A stretch of DNA of 37,182 bases from Octopus bimaculoides (Eukaryota): contig NC_068985.1 of the NCBI RefSeq assembly GCF_001194135.2, forward strand, positions 90,418,952 to 90,456,133, written 5' to 3'. Within the stretch, counting starts at the first letter, position 1; every line of letters starts with the position of its first letter. The notes under the pieces were generated by a model. It saw only the letters and a program-made list of their open reading frames with translations, was not told the origin of the DNA and made no database searches. The position numbers were made by a program, and so were the translations under genes. Below, piece after piece: positions 25,557 through 37,054 of this stretch.

Positions 25557-25683
25557 CAGGCACAGACGTGGCTGTGTGGTAAGAAGCTTGCTTCCCAACA
25601 ACATTATTTTGTGTTCAGTCTCACTGCATGGCACTCAGGTCTGAGTGGATTTGGTAGAGAGAAAATGGAGAAGCCCGTGGAAA

Positions 25684-25723
<40 letters not shown>

Positions 25724-25776
25724 NNNNNNNNNNNNNNNNNNNNNNNNNNNNNNNNNNNNNNNNNNNNNNNNNNNNN

Positions 25777-25817
<41 letters not shown>

Positions 25818-26001
25818 GCGTATGTGTGCGCGTGTGTGTGCGCGTGTGTGTACTTGTGCGTGTGTATATGTGTGTCTGCTTGTCACCCCACATTATTTGA
25901 CAACCGATGTCGGTGCGTTTAAGTTCCCGTAACTTAGCGTTTGGGCAAAAGAACGGATAGAATAATTACTAGCATTACAATGAACAAGTCATGGGTCGAT
26001 T
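25557..26001 (+). mobile_element. SINE family A with intact head, truncated before the tail
   Basis: Head 'caggcacagacgtggctgtgtggtaagaagcttgcttccc...gtgttcagtctcactgc' (A/B-box-like), 'gagtggatttggtagag', internal (TA)n-gap-(TG)n, body 'gacaaccgatgtcggtg...cgtaacttagcg'. It stops at 'gggtcgattt'. Confidence 0.85.
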
Positions 26002-26027
26002 TGTTGTTGTCGTTACTGTTGTTGTTG

Positions 26028-26074
<47 letters not shown>

Positions 26075-26075
26075 G

Positions 26076-26137
<62 letters not shown>

Positions 26138-26141
26138 GTTA

Positions 26142-26181
<40 letters not shown>

Positions 26182-26250
26182 GATGATGATGATGATCATC
26201 ATCATCATCATAATCATTATTATCATTATTATTATTATTATATTGTTATT
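26002..26250. repeat. (GTT)n/(TTA)n/(GAT)n trinucleotide tract, i.e. (TAA)n on the minus strand
   Basis: Direct reading; source of the poly-Leu and poly-Ile ORFs. Confidence 0.95.
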
Positions 26251-26900
26251 CTGAAAGACTGACGGATATTTTTTTAATTACTGGTCATTCTTTACTTGAA
26301 AGGAGACAATAACAAATCACAATATTTTCAAGTAGTGCCTTGTCTCGTGACTCAAAGTGACAATACTCCCCTCAGACTGCGAGCTGTACCGAACAAAGGC
26401 TATCATCTGGATTTCCTCCAGCCTGGCAGCAGCTCTAGTAGTCTTCATATGATTTTGAAATTCCTTGGAAACTGCTCCTAATGATCCGATTAACACTTAT
26501 GTCACGTTTACTTTTCTGAAGCCCCACAGTAATTTTCTTATCCAGGCCGGTACTTCGATATCACTAGACAGTATTTCGTCCATCTCTCTCGCAATTCTCC
26601 TGTGCAGAGCTGTCGAAATTTAAACCAAAAGCTCTGAAGATACCAAACGCATGACATACCGAAACGTTTTATGCATCATGCACGTCCAGGGACAATGACG
26701 TGTTAATCAACGACCCGACTAATTTACCACCATTTTGTCGAGGTAATACTATGCGCTGTAATGATATTTGTAAAACATCCCTTCTTTCTACCACAACGTT
26801 TTTTCAAGATATGCTTCATTGTCCAAGTTACTGACAACTACGGACATGGCTATTTGTAACACAACACAATAAAGTGTTCCTTGAGGATCCGTTGTGTCGA
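26251..26900 (-). mobile_element. R4/Dong-like non-LTR retrotransposon, decayed 3' end (restriction-like endonuclease C-terminus)
   Basis: Minus strand reads RKLLWGFRKVNVT*VLIGSLGAVSKEFQNHMKTTRAAARLEEIQMIA/FGTARSLRGVLSL* (stop at 26352-26354). This matches the R4-clade consensus LW..K.V.V.PVVIGALG...IQK.ALLGTARILR.VL. The upstream boundary is uncertain. Confidence 0.72.
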
Positions 26901-27124
26901 GAATTTACATCTAAGGAAGGGCGCCAATCGACCGTAATGTTGAAACGTGCGTAGGAATTTAATATGAATTAGAGTTTATCTGTTTCACACATACTTACAC
27001 ATACACACATATACATGTATGCATATGGATATGTATGTAATAGTCATCAGATGAGATCCAGTGATTTCGGGATAGAAAACAAATTGTAGCCCTCAAAAGA
27101 TTCAAACTTGAACTCCGAGATATG

Positions 27125-27182
27125 TATGCGTGGTGTATGTGTGTGTGTGTTTGTGTGTGCATGCGTGTGTGTGTATGTGTGT

Positions 27183-27231
<49 letters not shown>

Positions 27232-27245
27232 TTCGCTTGTGTGTA
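27125..27245. repeat. (TG)n microsatellite
   Basis: Direct reading. Confidence 0.9.
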
Positions 27246-29229
27246 TAACAATGCATTTACAATAAAAAACAGTAGACTATCTATTCAACGTTATTTTTTA
27301 TAAATGAGAATGAAGTAATTTCTCACTTAATTCATACTGAAATTGCTTAATTGGATCCCGTTTATTTTTTAATGCAAACATTAAACTAATGTAATAAATC
27401 AATTGCATATAGAAAATGTAATTACATATTTGCATTTAAATTAATTTGATAGTAAAAGATAAATTAGTACAAAATATTCGTAGAAATATATACTATGGAA
27501 ATTTTGCAAAAGATGTATTATTTAATATGTTAAATTTATTTGTATGCAACTACATTCGTTATTGCTCGGCTTATTTTTGTCTTTATTTAAACATAGACGT
27601 TTAGGTTCCAAACACAGTATCAAAAATAATGAAGGAAATTGCGATTATCTTCTGTAAGATGCATACAATTTAACGTTTACATCGTTTACACGATACTGAT
27701 TTTGTCGACAATCGAGAAAGAAATATCTCTATCCTACATTGAAAAGATTTTTAATCCCCCCCCCCACCTTATAAACCCGGCTAAAAATAATTTTGAAAGG
27801 AACAGACATCTTCATGGAAGTGGAATAGAAACGGATAAAGTTAAGAATAAATGTATCATTTACCTACCAGAATATTTATCATAATATAATATTATACTCT
27901 ATGTTTTAGTGGTTATCAAGGTAGACAACCACGTATTCATAAAATAATAATCTCTCCATGATATATCTCTAAGCAATTATATCAATGCAATGGATGATGA
28001 TATATCTTTAATAAAAAAAAATGCTGGAAATGAAAGGTGTTCTAAGATATGTCACGGCAATGTGAAATGTTTATCTTCTTTCATACATTTGAAAGAGAAA
28101 AAAAACATCGTCTATTGTCAAGAGAACTGAGTGATCTGGCATTAATATTAAAGGTTACTAAGTTATCAGTAAAATATGAAACATTTCATGCTGGTTAACT
28201 ATGAATAAATTCAGATAATATATTGAATATAATGTAAAAGCTAAAAAAGTATTAGAGTATGGATTAAGAATATAAAGAACATTTAGACGTGTTTACGACA
28301 AGAGAAATATGTTATCTGTTTTAGGTTTTACATAACGTTATTTTCATGCAGTGAATATAGTCTGACCATTGATGTTGCATGCTGAAGTTAGCGACACATT
28401 AGAAAATTGATCTTTCTAGAACAAAATAGAGATTGTTTCATATAATACAGAATACGATATTGATGATGAAGACAATTATGTGTGATTATAATGTATAAGA
28501 CCATGATGCTGAATATAAAGACGATGAGAATGATGTTTCTTAGTCCACAAATGGCAGCAACGTCATCGAAATATTTCATTTTCTCGTCTGTGAAAGAATG
28601 AAGAGTGTATGTGGCTAAATAATAAAAAAAGAAATAATGTGTCTTTTTTTTGTTAAGGAATAGAAGAACTAATCCAGAATCAGAGTAAAAGAATTATGTC
28701 TAGTAATCACAGAAATATTTTTTTATGCAATAAGAAATTAATAAACATATTTCTGTGGTTCTTGACCAAGTACAGCTGTCATATTTGTGGAATCTGTCGG
28801 CAGATGCGATGAAGCTCTATTTGATCTTGTGTGACTATCACTGGAAATCAGGTGACGTATTTTTTGTTGTACCTGTACACATTACTATTGACTTCATCCT
28901 TAATATATTAGTCATGAGATAATATAGATCAAGGTCACATTTTGTGAAACATAATCAAAGAACTGTAGAATGAATTTCAGGGCATTTCTACATTTTATAG
29001 AATTTTGCCTCCATGTATCTGTATTTGCTTACTTTATAACTGATGGCAGTTATGAACATGCTTTGTCCCATTTTCCAGGTAACAACTGGCTTGAATATGT
29101 GCTTTGTATTTCAGAATTATGGCCAGTTGTGGGAAAAGAAAATGCAAAATACAGTCACGAAGTCTTCTGCTATCTCTTCGGAAGTTACACTTTACCGAGG
29201 CAGTGAAACAAAATCCAAATCCCAGAATT

Positions 29230-29582
29230 TGTGAAGAAATCTTAGCTACCTTCTGCATGAATCTTTTCTGATAAAGAGAAAACCTGAGCATCCCATATAA
29301 CAGAAAGGTTCAAGTTTTGACTTATCTTTCGTTCGATGGGGTACAACATGAGTAATAAAGTGCATTTCCTGTATATTCATCAGAACTACTCCCCTGCAAA
29401 TCATAATGCCACAACTAATGAGGAAGGAGAAAGATTCTATCAAGTTATCGAAGCAATGGAGACTAGGTATCAATGCAAATGGAGCGTAGATATGATGGTT
29501 GGTTACTGCTGTTCTCTGTAACGAGACTGTCGTGTTGCAAGCAATTTACGTAAAACAGCAAAGAGAAAGTTCACTCCTTGAG
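29230..29582 (+). pseudogene. C-terminal fragment of a DDE transposase, Chapaev3-like
   Basis: MGYNMSNKVHFLYIHQNYSPANHNATTNEEGERFYQVIEAMETRYQCKWSVDMMVGYCCSL*RD...KRKF matches the widespread motif MSLKIHFLHSHLDFFP.NLGAVSDEQGERFHQDI..ME.RYQG.W...M.ADYCW.L.RD. The superfamily name comes from recall. Confidence 0.72.
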
Positions 29583-29685
29583 TAGCTGAAGCACAAATTC
29601 GACACAAAAATATTTTTCCTAAAATTGTAATTAAACATTATGTGTAATATATTTGATAAACAATAACAATGTACCGATTAGTTTG

Positions 29686-29929
29686 TATTAGGTTGGTGCA
29701 TAATTATTGCGGCTTTTTTCGAACAAATTTTTCGAACAATAACAACGTGTAACAAAAACATCTTTAAAATTATTATTCCGCAGCATATTTACTATAGCCT
29801 TCAATCACTGCTTCCCATTTGCTTGACAGACGGTCAGAGTCGTTTACATTTTTTTGTTAAATATTTATGTTCTTTGTTGAATAAAATTTGTTCAAATAAA
29901 TCTGCCATAATTATGCACCAACTTAAATA
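29686..29929 (-). mobile_element. Internally deleted mariner element with both TIRs (~240 bp)
   Basis: TA-ttaggttggtgcataattattgc ... gccataattatgcaccaacttaaa-TA. The TIR resembles the Hsmar1/MADE1 type (ttaggttggtgcaaaagtaattgcgg). The interior encodes DRLSSKWEAVIEGYSKYAAE* on the minus strand. Confidence 0.88.
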
Positions 29930-32063
29930 TTTCACATAGCCACCTTTGGTATTGCTGTCTCCCATTGCCTGTTATAGAGCCTTAATTTAATGCTTCATGC
30001 CTCTATCATATTCATCGAAGTAATTGTATGTTCTTTGTCCTCCGCCATAGTGTGGTAATTCTAAACTATAAGGCATCCCATAAAAATATATATGAAGTAT
30101 AACGTCTGTTATTCAGCATAATTGGAGTCTTCTGCAATTCTATCCTGTGTAAAGGTACATTAATGGAGATGAGTGCGATGTGTTTCTAAATCTCTTCTTT
30201 TGTCAGTGGTCAAATTCCTTGAGATGTTTAAAGCCCTTGTGAGTACCCTAATCTGCATATCGTCATAGTAATCTTCTTCATAGTTCATATTAATATATAC
30301 ATATATATTATGGTAAAGCGTAACGTACTGTTGTGCAGATTGAAGGCACTGAGAGAAAACTTGATGCAGAATTCCATGTAAGGTGCCTGCTGTGAAATAT
30401 ACCATGCGTTATCTGTGGAACGTGTATGCAGTGAATATAAACAATATCAAATTACATGTCGGAATACGATTTGCGCGGAAAGTATATGGACCGGCAATGG
30501 TTAGACTGCATTATTAAAATTTATAAATTTACTACACGGGATGCTACAAGCAGGGAGACACTGTTTCCATATGTACTCGTTAGTGTAAGTACTTCGTTTC
30601 CTTTATGCAACCTGTAAAGATGAATAGAAGAGGTCCAAAAATTCTTCCAGCCATTTCTTATTACCTTATAATCTCAACGGTACATCAGAAATCCATATAT
30701 GCTTCACTTTACTGTCTTACTTTATAGCAGCAATATTTATTCACCTATAAACAATAGTCACTGCTCCATAACTTCATATTAATGTAATTTTAGATATGAA
30801 CTCTTTATAGAGAGAGTGAACTTTGCGTATGCAATAGCATTATGTTTTTATTGCCACTTAGGTGATAAATGCAGGCAACGTTTAAATTTATTAGGTTGAA
30901 TATATTTGAATAAGTCATATAATAATGTCATGTCCACATACAGACATTTGCTTCAATTTACTTAACATTATGACATACTTCATGCTGGCCGATGATTATA
31001 TGCAAATTATGACGCCTTTGTGGAAGTTAAACAAAAACACCAGCTATACAAATTTGCTTTCACAAATTTCATAAAATTTCTTTCCCATCAACAAATTTAA
31101 ATTATTCATAGAATAAATGAGTAATAAAATATGAAAAGTCTGAGTAGAGGAGAGAAATAGTTTCTCTTGTAGAAATTGTTGGATCTTTTCATGTTAGCAT
31201 AATAACGTCCGGTAATAAATATTCATTTCAAACAAGGAATAAGTTTTAGTCATATCTTTGGTTATTTGCTTTAGTATTCTACAGTTAATTTCCTCCAAGA
31301 ATAATTGCATGGAATCTAATCAAGCAAATGCCTGAGACCACACGTTATTTTCATTGATATCGTCTCTGATAATATATTAATTTACATAAATAAAATGTTC
31401 ATTTCATGATCGGCAATATGAGTGGAGAAAGATATTTTCTTTTTAATGAAGGCGTTTTTAAAATGTAATTATATAAACACAACGTTTATTCAAAATTGCT
31501 GCTACTGTTACATACAAAATGACCATATCAAAATTGATACGTGTATGTGATCTGCATAATATTTCGTAAATAATTGTTTATAATAGAAATTGAGGAAAAT
31601 TAGAGACACGGACTTGCTTCTAATAAAAAAAATGAAACAACAGGGAGAAATTCATTGGCCAGTGCACATGCACAATTTGGTCGTCGTATTTCATGGAAAT
31701 ATTTATGAATCAGAAGTTAGTCAGTTGAAGAAAATGAAGAAAAATCATATACAATGTAAATATAATTTATACTTACAGCATACAGGAACCTCAAAAACAT
31801 AGAGCAGTTTCATCAACCGTATCATTAATGCGTATATTGATTTTAACGAAACATTATACTAATGTAATAATAATGTGTGCTAAGTGGTAGAGATTTGCAG
31901 ACGCATAATATGAATGAGTTAGAAATATAATAGAAATTTTAAAACTTTTCATTATTAATTAGCAACGCTATGGTAACTAAGATGCAAAATCTAAAACGGT
32001 TCGGCCGTTGTCTTTCGTTAGCTATAAAATGTTGATTCTCGTATGTATATATATATATACATA

Positions 32064-32653
32064 NNNNNNNNNNNNNNNNNNNNNNNNNNNNNNNNNNNNN
32101 NNNNNNNNNNNNNNNNNNNNNNNNNNNNNNNNNNNNNNNNNNNNNNNNNNNNNNNNNNNNNNNNNNNNNNNNNNNNNNNNNNNNNNNNNNNNNNNNNNNN
32201 NNNNNNNNNNNNNNNNNNNNNNNNNNNNNNNNNNNNNNNNNNNNNNNNNNNNNNNNNNNNNNNNNNNNNNNNNNNNNNNNNNNNNNNNNNNNNNNNNNNN
32301 NNNNNNNNNNNNNNNNNNNNNNNNNNNNNNNNNNNNNNNNNNNNNNNNNNNNNNNNNNNNNNNNNNNNNNNNNNNNNNNNNNNNNNNNNNNNNNNNNNNN
32401 NNNNNNNNNNNNNNNNNNNNNNNNNNNNNNNNNNNNNNNNNNNNNNNNNNNNNNNNNNNNNNNNNNNNNNNNNNNNNNNNNNNNNNNNNNNNNNNNNNNN
32501 NNNNNNNNNNNNNNNNNNNNNNNNNNNNNNNNNNNNNNNNNNNNNNNNNNNNNNNNNNNNNNNNNNNNNNNNNNNNNNNNNNNNNNNNNNNNNNNNNNNN
32601 NNNNNNNNNNNNNNNNNNNNNNNNNNNNNNNNNNNNNNNNNNNNNNNNNNNNN
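32064..32653. other. Assembly gap (590 N)
   Basis: N run. Confidence 0.99.
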
Positions 32654-32819
32654 CAGGTTTGATTTCGCTCTGAACTCGCACACTTCATTAATTTCCGTAA
32701 ATAAATTTCCTATTATTATTTTTTTTGGCACATGTGCATTTCTGTATGTGTGTGAGTGAAGGGGTGTGTTGTGATGTCTACGTACATACATAAATTTTAT
32801 GCATACATATTTTCTGTGT

Positions 32820-32830
32820 GTATATCTGCA

Positions 32831-32883
<53 letters not shown>

Positions 32884-33037
32884 TGTTTCAGTGACTCTCT
32901 CTCTCTCTCTCACACATACGTACAAGAAATGTATGACTATTTATGTATGTACGTATAATTGTCGACACACCCCTTCACTGGCTCTGTCTCTCTCTGTCTC
33001 TGTCTCTGTCTCTGTCTCTGTCTGTCTGTTTGTCTCC

Positions 33038-33068
<31 letters not shown>

Positions 33069-33250
33069 CACACACACGCATGCACACGTGTGTCTTTGTA
33101 AATATGTTTGTATATATTTATGCATGTGTGTGTTTGTAAGTGACAGAGTGTGAGTGAGTCAAGGGGTGTGTTGTCATATGCATCCTTAATTTTTGGATGT
33201 ATGTGCGCGTGTGTATGTGTGTGAGACAGAGTGAGAGAGCGGTGTGTATG
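32820..33250. repeat. Compound (GA)/(CAGA)/(TC)/(CA)/(TG) microsatellite field
   Basis: Direct reading. Confidence 0.88.
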
Positions 33251-33254
33251 TAGT

Positions 33255-33295
33255 ACTAGCAGAGGCACCCGGCGTTGCTCGGGAATGAAATTGTT
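33255..33295 (+). mobile_element. Possible 5' end of a non-autonomous Helitron/Helentron-like element
   Basis: 'actagcagaggcacccggcgttgctcggg' resembles the ACTAGC...CCCGGCGTTGC.CGGG start of Lep1/DINE-type elements as recalled. The 3' end was not identified. Confidence 0.35.
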
Positions 33296-33568
33296 GCTTA
33301 TATACCTGAAGAAAAAAAGGCAAAATATGCTATATAGAAATTTGAGAGGACATTCTGTAGATGGACTCTCAGATGAATGATGGCTGGGCGCCTCTCATGA
33401 ATGGGGAAAATTGAAGATGTGCCAAAAAGCCTCATTGGTACTTGGAAACTTTTACGAAAATTAAAATGGGGATTAAATGAAAAAATGATTTACGTGAATA
33501 TCCTCACAAGAGTAATTGAAATAAATTGCGATTGTGGAACCCCTCACGCACGCACGCGCACGCACACT

Positions 33569-33800
33569 NNNNNNNNNNNNNNNNNNNNNNNNNNNNNNNN
33601 NNNNNNNNNNNNNNNNNNNNNNNNNNNNNNNNNNNNNNNNNNNNNNNNNNNNNNNNNNNNNNNNNNNNNNNNNNNNNNNNNNNNNNNNNNNNNNNNNNNN
33701 NNNNNNNNNNNNNNNNNNNNNNNNNNNNNNNNNNNNNNNNNNNNNNNNNNNNNNNNNNNNNNNNNNNNNNNNNNNNNNNNNNNNNNNNNNNNNNNNNNNN
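33569..33800. other. Assembly gap flanked by CA-like and (GT)n repeats
   Basis: N run. Confidence 0.99.
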
Positions 33801-33867
<67 letters not shown>

Positions 33868-35096
33868 CTTGGGACCAAAATTATGTAATTCTTAGTGCTT
33901 TCTTATAACGTTGAAGCTGAGATAAATATATTTTGCTTTAAAATTAAAAAAGTTATTTTGATTCAAACTTGATTGGTTGCGTTACTTACTCTCCTATAAC
34001 GTTGCTATACATTTTGACGGAAAACTTTTACTACTGGACTCAATTTCGTATTCTAAAATGTACCTTGGGGCCTGTCATCTTCAAAAATATTAACAGTTTT
34101 CAGTTTGAATAAGAACTAAATTAGCGAGAAGCTCTGAAAGATGCTACGTGTGAGTAAATTGTAGTAGAATGATAATTAGATTTCCACTCATATTATGTGT
34201 GTGTAAGGAATATGACGTTGCTTTTACAAATATAGAAAAAAAATCACCACAAATTAAACGATTCATAACAGCAATAACCATTTATGTAAATCGCCTCATG
34301 TAATTAAATGGTTATACCATTCTGTTCATTCATTTTGACGTAAGACCTAAACGCTATAATGTGACCGTATCTGGGGAAATGACTTCTAAACTTAAAGGAA
34401 ATCGTAAAAACGTGTTTCAGGAAGTATTGATGTTATTTTGTATATACCTATCAATGCATGTATGCACCACATAAATCAAACTTATTGCGGTAAATTAGTT
34501 TTGATAATGTTAACTGCCGACTAGCAACACATTTTCACTGATTTTTTCATAGAATTGGTGCGAATCAAATTCGAAATATGTCATTCGAATTGTTATATCT
34601 CTATAAATATTATATTAATAAAATTACCTCCTGTTTTGTGTCCATAAAGATATTTTTTTAAAGTTAATATTTTAATACCGCTTTTCATGATTGCTAATAT
34701 TATGCAGAAAATATATATATTATAGATAAATAAATCAACATAGAATCGTAGAGTGAATAGAACAGAGAAGATGTATAAAAAGGTGTTTACAAATATAATA
34801 AAAAAAAATATTTTCCCAATAAATGATAACTGTATTTTATAGAATATACATATCAAGTGCAATTTTAGAACATATATTTGAGTGATCAATATCGAAATGC
34901 TCATTTCGAAACGAATGATCAAGTATAAAGTCTTCACCAAATATGATTTCTATACTTTAAGGTATCCAAGTACTCTAGGACGGAACTGGACACATANNNN
35001 NNNNNNNNNNNNNNNNNNNNNNNNNNNNNNNNNNNNNNNNNNNNNNNNNNNNNNNNNNNNNNNNNNNNNNNNNNNNNNNNNNNNNNNNNNNNNNNN

Positions 35097-35385
35097 CTGT
35101 AGTTCCCAGCCTCTGCTCTGCTACCACCTTTATGGATAGGACATATAGTGCCTTCTTTCAGCTTTTTGGGAAGTTTATCATTTGCAAGGAAACTCTGGAA
35201 GAGTATCCGGATTGGTCCTGCTAGTTCTTGTTTACACGATTTTAAGAGGACAGCTGGGAAACCATNNNNNNNNNNTGGAAGAGTATCCGGATTGGTCCTG
35301 CTAGTTCTTGTTTACACGATTTTAAGAGGACAGCTGGGAAACCATCGGGCCCAGTTGCCGAATTTGAGCTCATTTCATTTATGAC
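35097..35385 (-). mobile_element. LINE (CR1/L2-group) fragment, N-terminal part of the RT region
   Basis: After removing the gap duplication, the minus strand reads INEMSSNSATGPDGFPAVLLKSCKQELAGPIRILFQSFLANDKLPKKLKEGTICPIHKGGSRAEAGNY with no stops, then runs into a gap. Confidence 0.88.
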
Positions 35386-35533
35386 ATTTCATATATGTAT
35401 GTTATTTTGTTTAAAAGAGTTCCAACACTGTCTGTTTTTTATGTTTTATTTATATTCCTGCAGAACCAATGTGGGATATAGAATATTGAATATAGAATAT
35501 ATAACATAATATACAATATATAATATAATATAC

Positions 35534-35790
35534 AATATATAATATAATATACAATATATACTATAAAATAAAATCAACATGGATGGCACCATGAAATAAA
35601 GTATTAAATGTAGATGAAATATTGAGTGTTCAATATAAAGGATCAAATATATAAATATATGAATATATAAATATATTTGATCCTTTATATTGAACACTCA
35701 ATATTTCATCTACATTCAATACTTTATTACATGGTGCCATCAATTTTTATTTTATTTTATATTATATATTGTATATTATATTATATATTA
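35534..35790. repeat. Long inverted repeat, ~120 bp arms around an 18 nt spacer
   Basis: gatggcaccatg[a/t]aataaagtatt[a/g]aatgtagatgaaatattgagtgttcaatataaaggatcaaatatat is mirrored across 35653-35670. The outer arms are AT-rich repeats, and the right arm ends at a gap. Confidence 0.93.
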
Positions 35791-35932
35791 NNNNNNNNNN
35801 CAGGTTTTACTAGGAGCTTTGCGCACTTTCGTAACTTAAAAACGTTGAATGTTTGTTATTCCATAAAAATTTGACCTCATATATACTAGCGCATCAGAAA
35901 TTTTGCTATGCATTTTGTGTAGTAGAAACAGT

Positions 35933-36290
35933 GGAGGCGTAATGGCCCAGTGGTTAGGGCAGTGGCCTCACTGTCGTAGGATCGTGGTTTCGATTCCCAG
36001 ACCGGGTGTTGTGAGTGCTTATTGAGCGAAAACGCCTCAAAGCCCCATGATGTTCTGGCATTGCGAGGTTGCTATCCCTGCTCTACTATTTCACAACTCT
36101 CTCTCGCTCACACTTTCTTCCTGCTTCTGCCACTTTCATCCTGTTTTTAGTCACATTGTGTTTCACGCTGAATCTCCCCGAGAACTACGTTAAGAATACA
36201 CGTTTCTCTGGAGTGCTCATTCACTTGCACGTTAATTTCACGAGCAGGCTGTTCCGTTGATCCGATCAACTAGAACCTTCATCGTCGTAA
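35933..36290 (+). mobile_element. SINE family C, full length, tRNA-derived head
   Basis: A box tggcccagtgg (35943-35953) and B box ggtttcgattccc (35986-35998); the body matches the minus-strand copy at 14790-15088. Confidence 0.88.
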
Positions 36291-36920
36291 TTTAGCGTTT
36301 AAAGATAGCTTACAGTACTCATTACAAATCAAATTGAACTATCTTAATTTCATTCTAGAAGCGAGTGAATCAAATAATTGGCGTGTTACGTAAAGTTTCT
36401 TTATAAGGACTTCTAATGTATTAATATCTGTTACGACCTAATTGTAGATACATTACGCAAATTTAGTATTTGTAACTCTATCTATTAAAGGCGATAATAC
36501 CAATATTAAAACCTTGCTAAGCGATAAGATAAATTATATTTATGTGTTTATTTGCTTCGCAATGATAGGTCTTTCCAAATATGGAGACGTCTCAATGTCT
36601 TTAACTGATAAAGAAATCATTGTTTGGTCCGAATTTCATTAACATTTGGAACGTAGTAAAACATCATCGATTCTTCACAGAGTTGAGATATAACTAATTA
36701 ATTTCTCCAGGGAATAATAACCGGAAGAAAACGATATTGATCAGATTTTACGGCGACTGGATTTTATTAATAACGCATTTATAGCACATCTTAAATGATA
36801 TCATTTTAATTTCAAAGTTTGGAAATAACAATTAATCCTGGTTATACATGTTGAGTGCAAATCGATTCCAGTCCATACGTTCTAATTCTAGCTTAGATGC
36901 AGTAGCCTTTAACTTTTCGG

Positions 36921-36985
<65 letters not shown>

Positions 36986-36998
36986 ATCTATATATCTT

Positions 36999-37031
<33 letters not shown>

Positions 37032-37054
37032 ATATCTATCTATCTATCTATCTA
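36921..37054. repeat. (TATC)n tetranucleotide microsatellite
   Basis: Direct reading. Confidence 0.95.

Noticed and set aside
25941-26254. Poly-Leu and poly-Ile 'membrane protein' ORFs
   Set aside because: Translation of the (TTA)n tract.
28430-28560. Asp/Glu-rich codon run resembling an acidic transposase N-terminus
   Set aside because: Interrupted by stops, with no diagnostic motif; too weak to call.
30160-30405. 81 aa minus-strand ORF (…NYEEDYYDDMQIR…)
   Set aside because: No recognisable domain; it crosses an AT microsatellite and lacks paired splice signals.
35196-35345. Identical ~70 bp direct repeat on either side of a 10-N gap
   Set aside because: Perfect identity around a placeholder gap indicates an unmerged contig overlap. 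Removing one copy restores the LINE reading frame.
35933-36005. tRNA gene
   Set aside because: It has A and B boxes but no complete acceptor stem, and it continues into a body shared with another copy, so it is a SINE head.
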